64,000 nt of DNA from the IMG/VR virus record IMGVR_UViG_3300008107_000013. One strand, written 5' to 3'. Under the pieces are notes generated by a model, which saw nothing but the letters and a program-made list of their open reading frames with translations, ran no database searches and was not told the origin of the DNA. How positions within the stretch are numbered: position 1 is the stretch's first letter; every line of letters begins with the position of its first letter. Below are positions 33,910 to 42,743 of this stretch, piece after piece. This DNA comes from an uncultured virus (IMG/VR IMGVR_UViG_3300008107_000013). Taxonomy: Duplodnaviria; Heunggongvirae; Uroviricota; Caudoviricetes. Made by a program: the position numbers and the translations under genes.

Positions 33910-34754
33910 TACGTACCCCATGCGTTCTTAAACAGAGGGATTTGTAGTCGGTCGGAATAGCGCCAACCCTTCTTCATTGCAAACTCGGCAACCTGTCTGT
34001 TGTTGAGATGATAAAGCTCTTCAGTTCCTCCACAAGGCATAATGTATACCGGGCCATTGAACCCCGCATCTCGATACTCACTAACTGCCTGCTCGGCTTC
34101 AGCAACGTCGTCTTTGTTTGCTACTACGAACTTGAGGTAGGTAAATCCTACAGCAGAGTATTGAGAGACAACTTGAGGTTTGATAGCCTCTTCCCACTTT
34201 TCACCTGATACTGAAAGTTTAGGAGATACGGAAAAGGTTAATTGGTCGTAGTGACCTTTGGCAAACGTCCACTCATTAAGGTATTTAAAAAAATCATCGG
34301 TAAGAGGCTGAGTGCCGTTAGTTTCAAAGGTAAGCTCTTGAAGGCTATCAAATTCTTTTTGAGAGAGGAGGTCGGGATAAGAACGCTGCCATCCTAGTAA
34401 TGGTTCACCGCCAGTAATTACTAGGTGTTCGTCTTGCCATTTCTTTTGAGGAAGGAGATCAACGATGTCTTTAGCCAGTTGGGCGCATTCAATAACAGGA
34501 CTAAGGTGCCTAAAACGAGGGTCCCAAGAAGCGTAGCTATCACACCCAGTATGGACCAGAGGAAGAGCTTTGTATTCAGAATAAAATTCTGGATTGACAT
34601 TAAGACGTTCTTCACTGGCAACTCCTGATGGCATTCCAAAACCGGAACACGTGAAATTACAACCGAAGGTTCTTAAAAATACTGAAGGTACACCCATATA
34701 GCGACCTTCACCTTGAATACTATAAAACAACTCAGATACTTTTAGCTTAGACAT
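33909..34754 (-). CDS. queE: 7-carboxy-7-deazaguanine synthase (radical SAM)
   Basis: FYSIQGEG, FLRTFGCNFTC...CDS, ITGGEP, ETNG and VSPK motifs. Confidence 0.95.
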   Translation of the reverse strand: MSKLKVSELFYSIQGEGRYMGVPSVFLRTFGCNFTCSGFGMPSGVASEERLNVNPEFYSEYKALPLVHTGCDSYASWDPRFRHLSPVIECAQLAKDIVDLLPQKKWQDEHLVITGGEPLLGWQRSYPDLLSQKEFDSLQELTFETNGTQPLTDDFFKYLNEWTFAKGHYDQLTFSVSPKLSVSGEKWEEAIKPQVVSQYSAVGFTYLKFVVANKDDVAEAEQAVSEYRDAGFNGPVYIMPCGGTEELYHLNNRQVAEFAMKKGWRYSDRLQIPLFKNAWGT

Positions 34755-34758
34755 ATCA

Positions 34759-34788
34759 CTCCTAGTTTACGTGGAAGGGCACGACCAA
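34759..34788 (-). promoter_or_regulatory. preQ1-I-riboswitch-like leader, degenerate
   Basis: TTGGTCGTGCCCTTCCACGTAAACTAGGAG directly before the queE start. Confidence 0.35.
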
Positions 34789-35307
34789 TTATATAGCTAG
34801 ACTTTCTTGCCTTTTTATTTGTCGTGAAATATTTTTTCTTTGACGTACTGCGCGCTCTAAATGAATTCTATTCGCTCTTCGAGTATAATCAATTCCATTT
34901 AAATGATCCAGCTCATGAAGGAAGGCCCGTGCTGTCATTCCAGTATAGGTCTCAGTTACAATTTCTCCATCGAATTTTTGATAACGAACTTTAATTGACT
35001 TCGGTCGTTTAATTTTAACAAATAAATTTTTAAATGACATACATCCTTCATCAAGTAGAACTTGTTCTGATGTTTGTTCTACTAAAGTAGGATTAAATAC
35101 TCCAAACGGCTTTTCAGAAAAAAGAACAAAACATCGATAGGGTAATCCACATTGATTAGCTGATAACCCTAGCCCTTTATTCTCAATCATTGTTTCTATA
35201 AGATTGTTTACTAACTCGCCTGGATTAATTGGAGGGTCACTAAAATTAAAACGCTTAACTTCTTGAAAAAGAGCAGGGTCGTCTTCAGGTACTAAATTAT
35301 AAATCAT
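34789..35307 (-). CDS. def: peptide deformylase
   Basis: GLGLSANQ, EGCMS and HELDHLNG motifs. Confidence 0.95.
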   Translation of the reverse strand: MIYNLVPEDDPALFQEVKRFNFSDPPINPGELVNNLIETMIENKGLGLSANQCGLPYRCFVLFSEKPFGVFNPTLVEQTSEQVLLDEGCMSFKNLFVKIKRPKSIKVRYQKFDGEIVTETYTGMTARAFLHELDHLNGIDYTRRANRIHLERAVRQRKNISRQIKRQESLAI

Positions 35308-35963
35308 ACGCGTTCCTTAGGAATAAAAATATAATTGTGTGAGCTACTATTAAAGCTTTTAACTTCCTCGTAATCTAGTTTAGCAAGTAAATTAAAAATA
35401 TAATCTTTTTCTCCAGGAGATAACTCAAACACAATTGTAGGTCTGTACTTTTTAATAGTATTAATAGAACCTTTTAAAGCGAAGTATTCGTATCCTTCTA
35501 TATCGAGAAACAACAGAGACAGGGAAGAAAGTTTTAAACTATCTAAAGTAATGGAAAAAATACTCATCTGTCCATCACCTATTTTACTCATTCCAACATT
35601 TTTAGGACTTTTGTTTCCTATAGTTAAAAAGGTATTTTTATCTCCTAATGCTGTATTAAATTTTACTATTCTATTTGTCTTACAATTTTTAGAAAGACAA
35701 AAGAAGTTTACAGGGTCAGGTTCAAATGTAAATACTTTATCAAATTCAAAAGCTAACATAAACGGATATAGTCCACAATTACCTCCCGCTTGTACTACCG
35801 ACTTTCGTTCGGGTGTATTACTCATAATTGAATCATACATGCTCTTCCAGTCGCGAGAAATAATATTAAAACACCCTCTATCTTCCGCCGGCCAGGTAAA
35901 ATCATAATCCTGTCCTTTTATTTTTGCCGTTCTTATGTCAAATTTTTTTGTCTCTAGTGTCAC
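35304..35963 (-). CDS. FkbM-family methyltransferase
   Basis: VQAGGNCG, FEP and LDIEGYE motifs. Confidence 0.88.
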   Translation of the reverse strand: MTLETKKFDIRTAKIKGQDYDFTWPAEDRGCFNIISRDWKSMYDSIMSNTPERKSVVQAGGNCGLYPFMLAFEFDKVFTFEPDPVNFFCLSKNCKTNRIVKFNTALGDKNTFLTIGNKSPKNVGMSKIGDGQMSIFSITLDSLKLSSLSLLFLDIEGYEYFALKGSINTIKKYRPTIVFELSPGEKDYIFNLLAKLDYEEVKSFNSSSHNYIFIPKERV

Positions 35964-37675
35964 AATATCATTCTCGAAAAGTTTTTATGTTTTTCAAATT
36001 TTATTACATGCTCAAATTTATCAAACAATTGATCACCTTTATGGCTTATGATAAAGGTATTAGTGTCTGAAGTAAGAGATTGAAGTATTTTAAGAAACTC
36101 ATCTGTGCCAGCATTATCCAATGAGCTATCAAATACTTCATCCATAATGAGTAGATTAGTACTGGCAGAGTTACGTAATTTAGCAATTGCTCGCCAAGTA
36201 AAAAGTAATGCCAGGTCAATACGCATTTTCTCGCCTTCCGAAAAACTCTCATAACTAAACTCATCTCTAAACCTCGACTTAATAACTTCTTCAAAATTTT
36301 CGTTTAACTCAAAGTTAACAAAAAAGTCCATAGACGCAAGGTACTTGTTTATTAACTTATTCATAATAGGAATGTACTGCTTTATAATTTTAGTCTTAAT
36401 TCCAGTATCTTTCAACAAAATAGCTGCCACATCTAGTACTTGTTTATCTTTAACCAATTGTTCGCGCTGATGTAATAGTTCTTTTAAAGTATCTTTCAAC
36501 CCTTTTAGTTCTTCGGAAGTGTCTTCATTACTTGATACGTCTTTTTCTAGATCGGTTATCTCTGCTTTGAGATCAACAATAAATTTATTCCATGTAGATA
36601 TTTGAACGTTGGAATTAGAGATGATGGTGTTTAAGTCAGATATCTTTTGTAGTATCTGGGCGATCTCAGATAGTCTGGCATTAAGTTTATTATATTCTTC
36701 TGCAAGCTTGGCCTTCCCTTCACGAACTTCGTTAATCTGGGTATTGTCTCTTTTAATAATATCTTCTTTGTGTTCGTGTTCAATTCCCTGACGGCAGGTA
36801 GGGCAATCGTTATGATCGGTGAAGAATTCCACTTCTTTTTCAAGCTTACTGATTTTAGAATCGAGTTGAGTAGCCAACGTCTCGAGCGTTCTGAGCTTTG
36901 TCTGCACCTTACTTTGATCTGAAATAGAAGTATTGAGTGTTTTTTGCTCATTCGTATTTGTTTCAATCTCTGCTGAAACTTTCTCGATTTCGGATTCATA
37001 CTCTTTTATTTTAATCTGTTTTTGTTTTATTAATTCGTCATTATTTGTTTTAAGAATATTAATATGCTTTTTGAGCATATCTATTTTTTCACCAGTTAAC
37101 TTAAGATTATAATCAATGTCTACTATGTTTGATTTGTTGCCAGCTATTTTATCTTTTAACAATACGTTCATTGTAGAGAAGATTTGAATGTCGAGCAAGT
37201 CTTCTATAATTTCTCTTCTATTTGCCGCAGACAATTGCATGAATGGTACAAACGAGGCACTACCAAGAATTACTATCTGACTGAAAGACTTGTGATTAAG
37301 TTTAAGAATATTTTTCTCAAACATCTCCTGATAGTCTTTAGATTCAGCATCTTGATTAATAAGCGTACCGTTTTGATACACTTCGAAGATGTTAGGTTTA
37401 ATTCCTCTTCTTACTTTGTAATGCTTACTACCTATAGAGAACTCTAGAACTACCTCTAATCCTTTTTGATTAATAGAATTAATAAGCTGAGGTTTATTAA
37501 TCTTACGAAATGGCTTGCCATAGAGTGCAAATGATAGTGCATCAAGAATAGTAGACTTACCAGATCCATTCTCTCCTACGATGAGAGTAGAACGGTTTCG
37601 TGTAAAGTCTATCTGTGTGAATGAGTTGCCTGTTGATAGGAAATTCTGCCACTTAATATTACGAAAATAGATCAT
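35960..37675 (-). CDS. gp46: SbcC/Rad50-like recombination ATPase
   Basis: NFLSTGN, GENGSGKS, CPTC hook, FSEGE and IMDEVFD motifs. Confidence 0.97.
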   Translation of the reverse strand: MIYFRNIKWQNFLSTGNSFTQIDFTRNRSTLIVGENGSGKSTILDALSFALYGKPFRKINKPQLINSINQKGLEVVLEFSIGSKHYKVRRGIKPNIFEVYQNGTLINQDAESKDYQEMFEKNILKLNHKSFSQIVILGSASFVPFMQLSAANRREIIEDLLDIQIFSTMNVLLKDKIAGNKSNIVDIDYNLKLTGEKIDMLKKHINILKTNNDELIKQKQIKIKEYESEIEKVSAEIETNTNEQKTLNTSISDQSKVQTKLRTLETLATQLDSKISKLEKEVEFFTDHNDCPTCRQGIEHEHKEDIIKRDNTQINEVREGKAKLAEEYNKLNARLSEIAQILQKISDLNTIISNSNVQISTWNKFIVDLKAEITDLEKDVSSNEDTSEELKGLKDTLKELLHQREQLVKDKQVLDVAAILLKDTGIKTKIIKQYIPIMNKLINKYLASMDFFVNFELNENFEEVIKSRFRDEFSYESFSEGEKMRIDLALLFTWRAIAKLRNSASTNLLIMDEVFDSSLDNAGTDEFLKILQSLTSDTNTFIISHKGDQLFDKFEHVIKFEKHKNFSRMIL

Positions 37676-38157
37676 CCATTAAACCATGTAGGTGTTGGTC
37701 GGTTGGTCCATCGCGCAAAAGAAGCTTTAGCACCTTTATAATAATTTCTATACGATTGAACCACATCACTAACTTTATACTCGTCAGGCATTGCCGGAGT
37801 AGGATCCGATAGCCAAGGATTAGCCGGTATGTTTCTGGGAGGATCTTCTAGTACAACAATAAGCCCATCGCGTTCTACTTTATGTACTTTACCATATCTG
37901 TGAGTATACTCTTTGCATAGTTCATAAAGAAGTTTCCATAACCATTTATAATGAGTATAGCTTGACCGTACCCAAACGGCTGATGGATGATTTTTATGTG
38001 TCAGTCGGTAGATAGGTTTAATGACCTGATCACCGTCTAGCATATGATGGGCGTTAGAAAGAAGTTGAGCTGATTCGAGAATCATTTTTACTACATGCTT
38101 ATCACAATGCTGTCGAGCACAATCGCCCGGCTCATTACTAAGATAAAAAATGTTCAT
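37672..38157 (-). CDS. pyrimidine-dimer DNA glycosylase/endonuclease V family protein
   Basis: MNIFYL, DKHVVKMILESAQLL and THKNHPSAVW motifs. Confidence 0.8.
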   Translation of the reverse strand: MNIFYLSNEPGDCARQHCDKHVVKMILESAQLLSNAHHMLDGDQVIKPIYRLTHKNHPSAVWVRSSYTHYKWLWKLLYELCKEYTHRYGKVHKVERDGLIVVLEDPPRNIPANPWLSDPTPAMPDEYKVSDVVQSYRNYYKGAKASFARWTNRPTPTWFNG

Positions 38158-38159
38158 AA

Positions 38160-39218
38160 TTATTCCATTGCAAGTGCTTGATTATAGAGCCCTCTTAGTA
38201 AGCCATCAAGCCTAGGTTTGTCAACTTCAAGCTGTAACTGTTCAACGTATTTGTTAAGTATAGTAAGAGTATCTTCTGCTTCATTCACTATGTCATCGTC
38301 GTCTTCTAAGTTAAGATTAAGATGATCTTCAACTACCTGCATATCTACTACTCCAGCACGCTCTAGTTTTTCAATAAACATTTCAAACCAGTGCGGGTTC
38401 GTTTTATTTTTAATAATAACTTTAACAATTGTATTTTTAAATTGCTCAAAATCGTCAACAATTACATCAGTAATACTTTTGTTGAGGTCATCATACCACA
38501 CCTTCTTAAACATTATAAATGGATTTGGAATAAACTCCAACTCTCTCGTTTCTGTATCAAGAATATGAAATCCTTTTTGGTCATCGTAATCAGACCAGGT
38601 CATTTCGTACGGGGTACCGACGTAAGTAATGTTTCCTTTTGTTGACTTATGATGGAAGTGGCCTGACAGCACCATGTCAAATTTACTAAAGATGTTTCTA
38701 TCAAGCCCGTCTTCATTCAACGCACCTTTGTGCATTTCAAACCCTTGTATTTCAAAATGCCCTATAACTATTTGTGCTTTTGTTTCTTCCATAGCCTGAA
38801 GCACCTCGGCATGATTTTCCGGGCATATCCAAGGAACGGCAAGAATACTTGTACCATTAAATTCTAGCTCAGTTGGTTTGTGAATTTGTTGTACGTTTGT
38901 GTATTCGTTTAATAGAAGACCTAGAGAGTTAACCTCGTTAGTATTTTTATAGTACGTATCATGATTACCAACTAAGAGGAATGTTTTATACGCACAGTTT
39001 GCCTCCCAGAAGAAATAATCTTTGCAGTATTGCAAAGTTTGAAAGTTAACAAACTTTCGCCTATCAAATACATCTCCTAATTGGACAATGTTATCAATAT
39101 TGTGTTCGGCGAGGTAAGGGAAAAAAACTTCTTTGTAGAATTGCTCAAAATGTTTATGAAATACTACGTTATCACCTCTAGCACCAAAATGTGTGTCACC
39201 CAGAATTGCTATCCGCAT
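38160..39218 (-). CDS. gp47: SbcD/Mre11-like recombination nuclease
   Basis: DTHFG, GDVFD, GNHD and SGHFH motifs. Confidence 0.97.
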   Translation of the reverse strand: MRIAILGDTHFGARGDNVVFHKHFEQFYKEVFFPYLAEHNIDNIVQLGDVFDRRKFVNFQTLQYCKDYFFWEANCAYKTFLLVGNHDTYYKNTNEVNSLGLLLNEYTNVQQIHKPTELEFNGTSILAVPWICPENHAEVLQAMEETKAQIVIGHFEIQGFEMHKGALNEDGLDRNIFSKFDMVLSGHFHHKSTKGNITYVGTPYEMTWSDYDDQKGFHILDTETRELEFIPNPFIMFKKVWYDDLNKSITDVIVDDFEQFKNTIVKVIIKNKTNPHWFEMFIEKLERAGVVDMQVVEDHLNLNLEDDDDIVNEAEDTLTILNKYVEQLQLEVDKPRLDGLLRGLYNQALAME

Positions 39219-39765
39219 CTATTTCTTCTTCCATAAAGTTTTCAAGCCCGCGTTTACGTTTAACCTTTTTCTTGTCTAACGTTTCTTCAAATGCTCTAAT
39301 AAATTCACTAATACTATCGTTATCTGTATCCATGTGAGCAGGAACAAAGTCTTGATCATCCATTTCTCCCTGCTCAACTAACGTATTCATAATTAGAGAG
39401 TTTTCCATCGTCTTATGCTTAATGTATAACTGCTTTTTCTCTTTTTGTATACGACGAAGAAAAGCAAAATAAATTATTTGTGTGAAGTAAGCAAAAGGAT
39501 TGTTTGATTTAGCAGGATCAAAGTTATCAATATAACTTATACAGTTTTCTATGCCATCGGAAATCATCTCCTCTCTATAAGAGTAGTTGATGAAGTTTGG
39601 CTTCATAGAGAGTCTATTAGCAATCATGAGCATACACTTACCGATGTATTCGGGTATAGGGGGCTTGTTTGTATTACCTTTTTTAGCCGCCTGTACCTTA
39701 TCACGGTAAATAGTTATCTCTGCTAATAGCTGCTTATTATCAACGTAGTGGTTTGAGTCATTCAT
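39196..39765 (-). CDS. gp55: late-transcription sigma factor
   Basis: HYVDNK, PNFINY, DGIENC and NPFAYFTQI motifs. Confidence 0.97.
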   Translation of the reverse strand: MNDSNHYVDNKQLLAEITIYRDKVQAAKKGNTNKPPIPEYIGKCMLMIANRLSMKPNFINYSYREEMISDGIENCISYIDNFDPAKSNNPFAYFTQIIYFAFLRRIQKEKKQLYIKHKTMENSLIMNTLVEQGEMDDQDFVPAHMDTDNDSISEFIRAFEETLDKKKVKRKRGLENFMEEEIDADSNSG

Positions 39766-39773
39766 AACGATCA

Positions 39774-39802
39774 ATTATAACATAGTTAATACTTTACTTC
39801 AA
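39774..39802 (-). promoter_or_regulatory. sigma70-type promoter TTGAAG-N17-TATAAT for gp55
   Basis: Boxes with 17-bp spacer; ATG 8 nt after the -10. Confidence 0.65.
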
Positions 39803-39804
39803 CT

Positions 39805-40200
39805 TTAGTGCTTGCTAGAAGACACCCCGTGTTCAAAAAGAGCTCTGTATAGTTGATTGTCGCTGTTGGCATCATCCATTAGTTCGGAAGTAATGCTCGC
39901 AAGACTGTCATTAAAGGCTTTATCAACAAATTCTTTTTGATTTTTTAAGGAGTTAATGTAATAAAGATCAACTCCTTTCTTTACTTGATTGTATGTAACA
40001 ACGTGAGCTTTTTTAAATATTACTCTTTCACAATCATCAAAAAAAGAGTAACGGTGCATAGTAATAATAGGGAACCCGCCCGGGCGAGCATAACTAAGAA
40101 TTACCTTTAATGGCTCTTTAACAATTAGACTGATTTCATCATCATTAATAATTTCTCCCAACACTTCAGTCCCGTCAACGAGTTTAATTATTGATATCAA
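39805..40200 (-). CDS. Sm-like-fold hypothetical protein
   Basis: IKLVDGTEVLGEI N-terminus; usual position between uvsW and gp55. Confidence 0.7.
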   Translation of the reverse strand: MISIIKLVDGTEVLGEIINDDEISLIVKEPLKVILSYARPGGFPIITMHRYSFFDDCERVIFKKAHVVTYNQVKKGVDLYYINSLKNQKEFVDKAFNDSLASITSELMDDANSDNQLYRALFEHGVSSSKH

Positions 40201-41665
40201 TATGCTTACCTATGTTTATAGTGTGTATTTTATACTTAAACTTTTCTTCATTGTAATAATTCATTCTTTCGGCAAAATGAAGAAGGGTGTAATTCTTTTT
40301 TGACTTCCAACTTAAATCATCGGCTAAATCGTAAAGGGTGGCAAACGTTTTGAATTCCCCTTTTCTAAGACCGCGCCCTATAGATTGAAGTGTGCGAATT
40401 CTTGACTTAGATGGGCTTGCAAAAATAATGTTGTGTAAATTCTTAATATTTATACCTGTACTAAAAGTACCATAAGAAGCAACTATTATAGCAGTTTTTT
40501 CATCTTCTACTGCATGTCTAATGTCTTCCCTTTCCTCACCTTTTACTAACCCATCAACATAAAAGACTTTATCATGTTCGCACGTAGCTTTAATATCGGA
40601 GAACAAGGTCTCTCCTTGTTCTATTGTCTTAAATAGTATCAGAGTGTTGCCTTTGAGAGATAAGGAGAGATTGCGGATAAATTGGTTCCTATCTATGTTT
40701 TTAGCTAGAAACGCTGCTTCAGATTGATAATCAGCATCTTTCATTAGCTTTCTGCTAGCTTCGTCATAATTAAGAACAATAGCATTAATTTTTAGATCTG
40801 ACACATCTTTGTTTTCAATCAACTCTGCGGTTGATATAACTTTCATTACTGGGCCAAAAAGCCCTTCCAGAACAAGTTTATTAGTTTGTGATCCATCTAA
40901 CGTACCTGTTAATCCAAATTTAAATGGGCAATCAACTAGCTTGGTCATAATAGATGTTAGACTTTTAGCTTTAAATAGGTGCGCTTCATCACCTATAACG
41001 CAGTTAAATTGTTCGAACCATTTTCGCGGTAGCTGATAAATTGATTGCCAAGTAGTAACTACGAAAGGTGCGTCTGTTATTTTTTCTTGACCGGAAAATA
41101 TTTTATGTACAAGACCCTCTTTCAATCCGTATGATTCAAAATCAGAGCACATTTGATGAACAAGTGAGGTAGTTGGTACTACTATTAGTACCTTTCGATT
41201 GTCAGATGCCTGTAGTTTAACAAACCTACAAAGTAAATAGATTATTAATGATTTACCTGAAGCAGTAGGTGATACTAAAAGTGCTCTTTGCTTTCTAACG
41301 GCAAACGTAAAGGCATTTAATTGATAGTCTTTAGGAGTAAGAGTGAGAGTTTTTAACTTCTTTGCAAACTCATCAGACTCTTTCAATGACCAAGGCCAGT
41401 CACTGAAGTCTTCCGGTGTATCATATTTTATTTCGTACCCACGTTCTTTTGCAAACTCAATTGTTTGTTCAATTAAACCTCTATACATTAATCTTGTTGC
41501 AGAAGAAAATAATCTTATCTTACCATCCCACATTCGCCTTTTAAATTGAGGGGAGAAACGAGCTCCAGGAACGTCAAACGTAAACCTATCGGCAAGCTCT
41601 TGAGCTATCGATGGTTCGCAGTATACGCGGTTGTATACGTCGTTGAGTTTCTCAATTGTGATCAT
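40184..41665 (-). CDS. uvsW: SF2 helicase UvsW
   Basis: PTASGKS, DEAH, TGT and QSIGRGLR motifs. Confidence 0.96.
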   Translation of the reverse strand: MITIEKLNDVYNRVYCEPSIAQELADRFTFDVPGARFSPQFKRRMWDGKIRLFSSATRLMYRGLIEQTIEFAKERGYEIKYDTPEDFSDWPWSLKESDEFAKKLKTLTLTPKDYQLNAFTFAVRKQRALLVSPTASGKSLIIYLLCRFVKLQASDNRKVLIVVPTTSLVHQMCSDFESYGLKEGLVHKIFSGQEKITDAPFVVTTWQSIYQLPRKWFEQFNCVIGDEAHLFKAKSLTSIMTKLVDCPFKFGLTGTLDGSQTNKLVLEGLFGPVMKVISTAELIENKDVSDLKINAIVLNYDEASRKLMKDADYQSEAAFLAKNIDRNQFIRNLSLSLKGNTLILFKTIEQGETLFSDIKATCEHDKVFYVDGLVKGEEREDIRHAVEDEKTAIIVASYGTFSTGINIKNLHNIIFASPSKSRIRTLQSIGRGLRKGEFKTFATLYDLADDLSWKSKKNYTLLHFAERMNYYNEEKFKYKIHTINIGKHIDINN

Positions 41666-42096
41666 GCACCAACCTTAAATTTCTCCCACGAAATAGCTGC
41701 ATTAATCTGATAACCTCTTGCAGGAAGATTTTTAATAATTGATTCTAGAAATTCTACCTTTTCTTTCTGCATTTCAATTCTTAGTTCTAATTGATTAAGA
41801 TCATCATCTGATTGCATATACACCCCTATATCAGATCGAAGAATTCTTAGTTGAAAGGGTTCGTAGCCATGCTCTCTTAACTCTTCCTCACTCATAGTAC
41901 CGTTATAGTACTCAAACTTTTGCTTGTATAGTTTTTTATAGCTTGACTCATACTTACGTAGAGCAAGACGTTCGTCAGAAAATATATTGAAATATTTGGA
42001 GTGTAGTTGAGGAATGCGTAAACTAGCTTCACCTAGTTCACTACGATCTATCTCACTATCATTACGCCATAAATTTTGAATGTCTTCCAGCTTCAT
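41662..42096 (-). CDS. uvsY: recombination mediator UvsY
   Basis: DSEID, IPQLHSKY and RGYQINAAI.W.KF motifs. Confidence 0.92.
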   Translation of the reverse strand: MKLEDIQNLWRNDSEIDRSELGEASLRIPQLHSKYFNIFSDERLALRKYESSYKKLYKQKFEYYNGTMSEEELREHGYEPFQLRILRSDIGVYMQSDDDLNQLELRIEMQKEKVEFLESIIKNLPARGYQINAAISWEKFKVGA

Positions 42097-42122
42097 ACGA
42101 CCTCACATATAGTAACGCTAGT

Positions 42123-42151
42123 ATTATACTATATTAACCAGTTAATATCAA
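42123..42151 (-). promoter_or_regulatory. sigma70-type promoter TTGATA-N17-TATAAT for uvsY
   Basis: Boxes overlap the end of gp3. Confidence 0.7.
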
Positions 42152-42659
42152 ATGTCTGAAAGTTAAATGAACAGGTAGTGTCTATGTAATCTACGTCTAC
42201 GTTACGAGCGTCAAATTGAAGGTCGGTTAGTGTAACAGGGTATAGTTTTCTAAAGTTAACTTCAACGATAGGTTTTCTCGCACTGTTAAGAATAAGAAGA
42301 GAAGCGTCAGAATAAATTCCTTGCCCTGACATTTTGTTTTCTTCTTTTGCAGCAATGGACTTATACTCATCAAAGCTGTTAGGAAATCCGGTTTCTCTTA
42401 GCCATGTGAACAGTTCCATGTAATTACGCATTTCTTCATCAACTCTAAACGTAACAACAAGCGCACCATACTGAATATGATCCCCAGCAAACGGCAACTT
42501 TACAAAAGGAGTAGGTACGTTTGTTTCACCAAGCGTGACACTTGGAATGTTGACTGATTGAACGAAATAATTTACGTCTGGGGTTTTCTTAATATCAAAC
42601 TTAAACCCTAGAGGAGAAAGAAAATTTCGATTTTCTGGAATAGATTCTGTGATTGCCAT
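42129..42659 (-). CDS. gp3: tail tube terminator / completion protein
   Basis: NFLSPLGFKF, VDEEMRNY and SDASLLIL motifs; follows gp23. Confidence 0.9.
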   Translation of the reverse strand: MAITESIPENRNFLSPLGFKFDIKKTPDVNYFVQSVNIPSVTLGETNVPTPFVKLPFAGDHIQYGALVVTFRVDEEMRNYMELFTWLRETGFPNSFDEYKSIAAKEENKMSGQGIYSDASLLILNSARKPIVEVNFRKLYPVTLTDLQFDARNVDVDYIDTTCSFNFQTFDINWLI

Positions 42660-42675
42660 AATATTATTTATCCAT

Positions 42676-42707
42676 AAAAAAAGCCCCTAGATTTCTCCAG
42701 GGGCTTT
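42676..42707 (-). terminator. rho-independent terminator after gp23
   Basis: AAAGCCCCTGG-AGAAAT-CTAGGGGCTTTTTTT. Confidence 0.88.
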
Positions 42708-42743
42708 AGGTCTGCGTTTATTGTTATTATTATATACGCAATC

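Noticed and set aside
25757..34754. Host-like queuosine tRNA-modification operon
   Set aside because: No queA or queG/H, and the TGT-fold protein is short, lacks the Zn-binding Cys motif of bacterial Tgt and sits among DNA replication genes.
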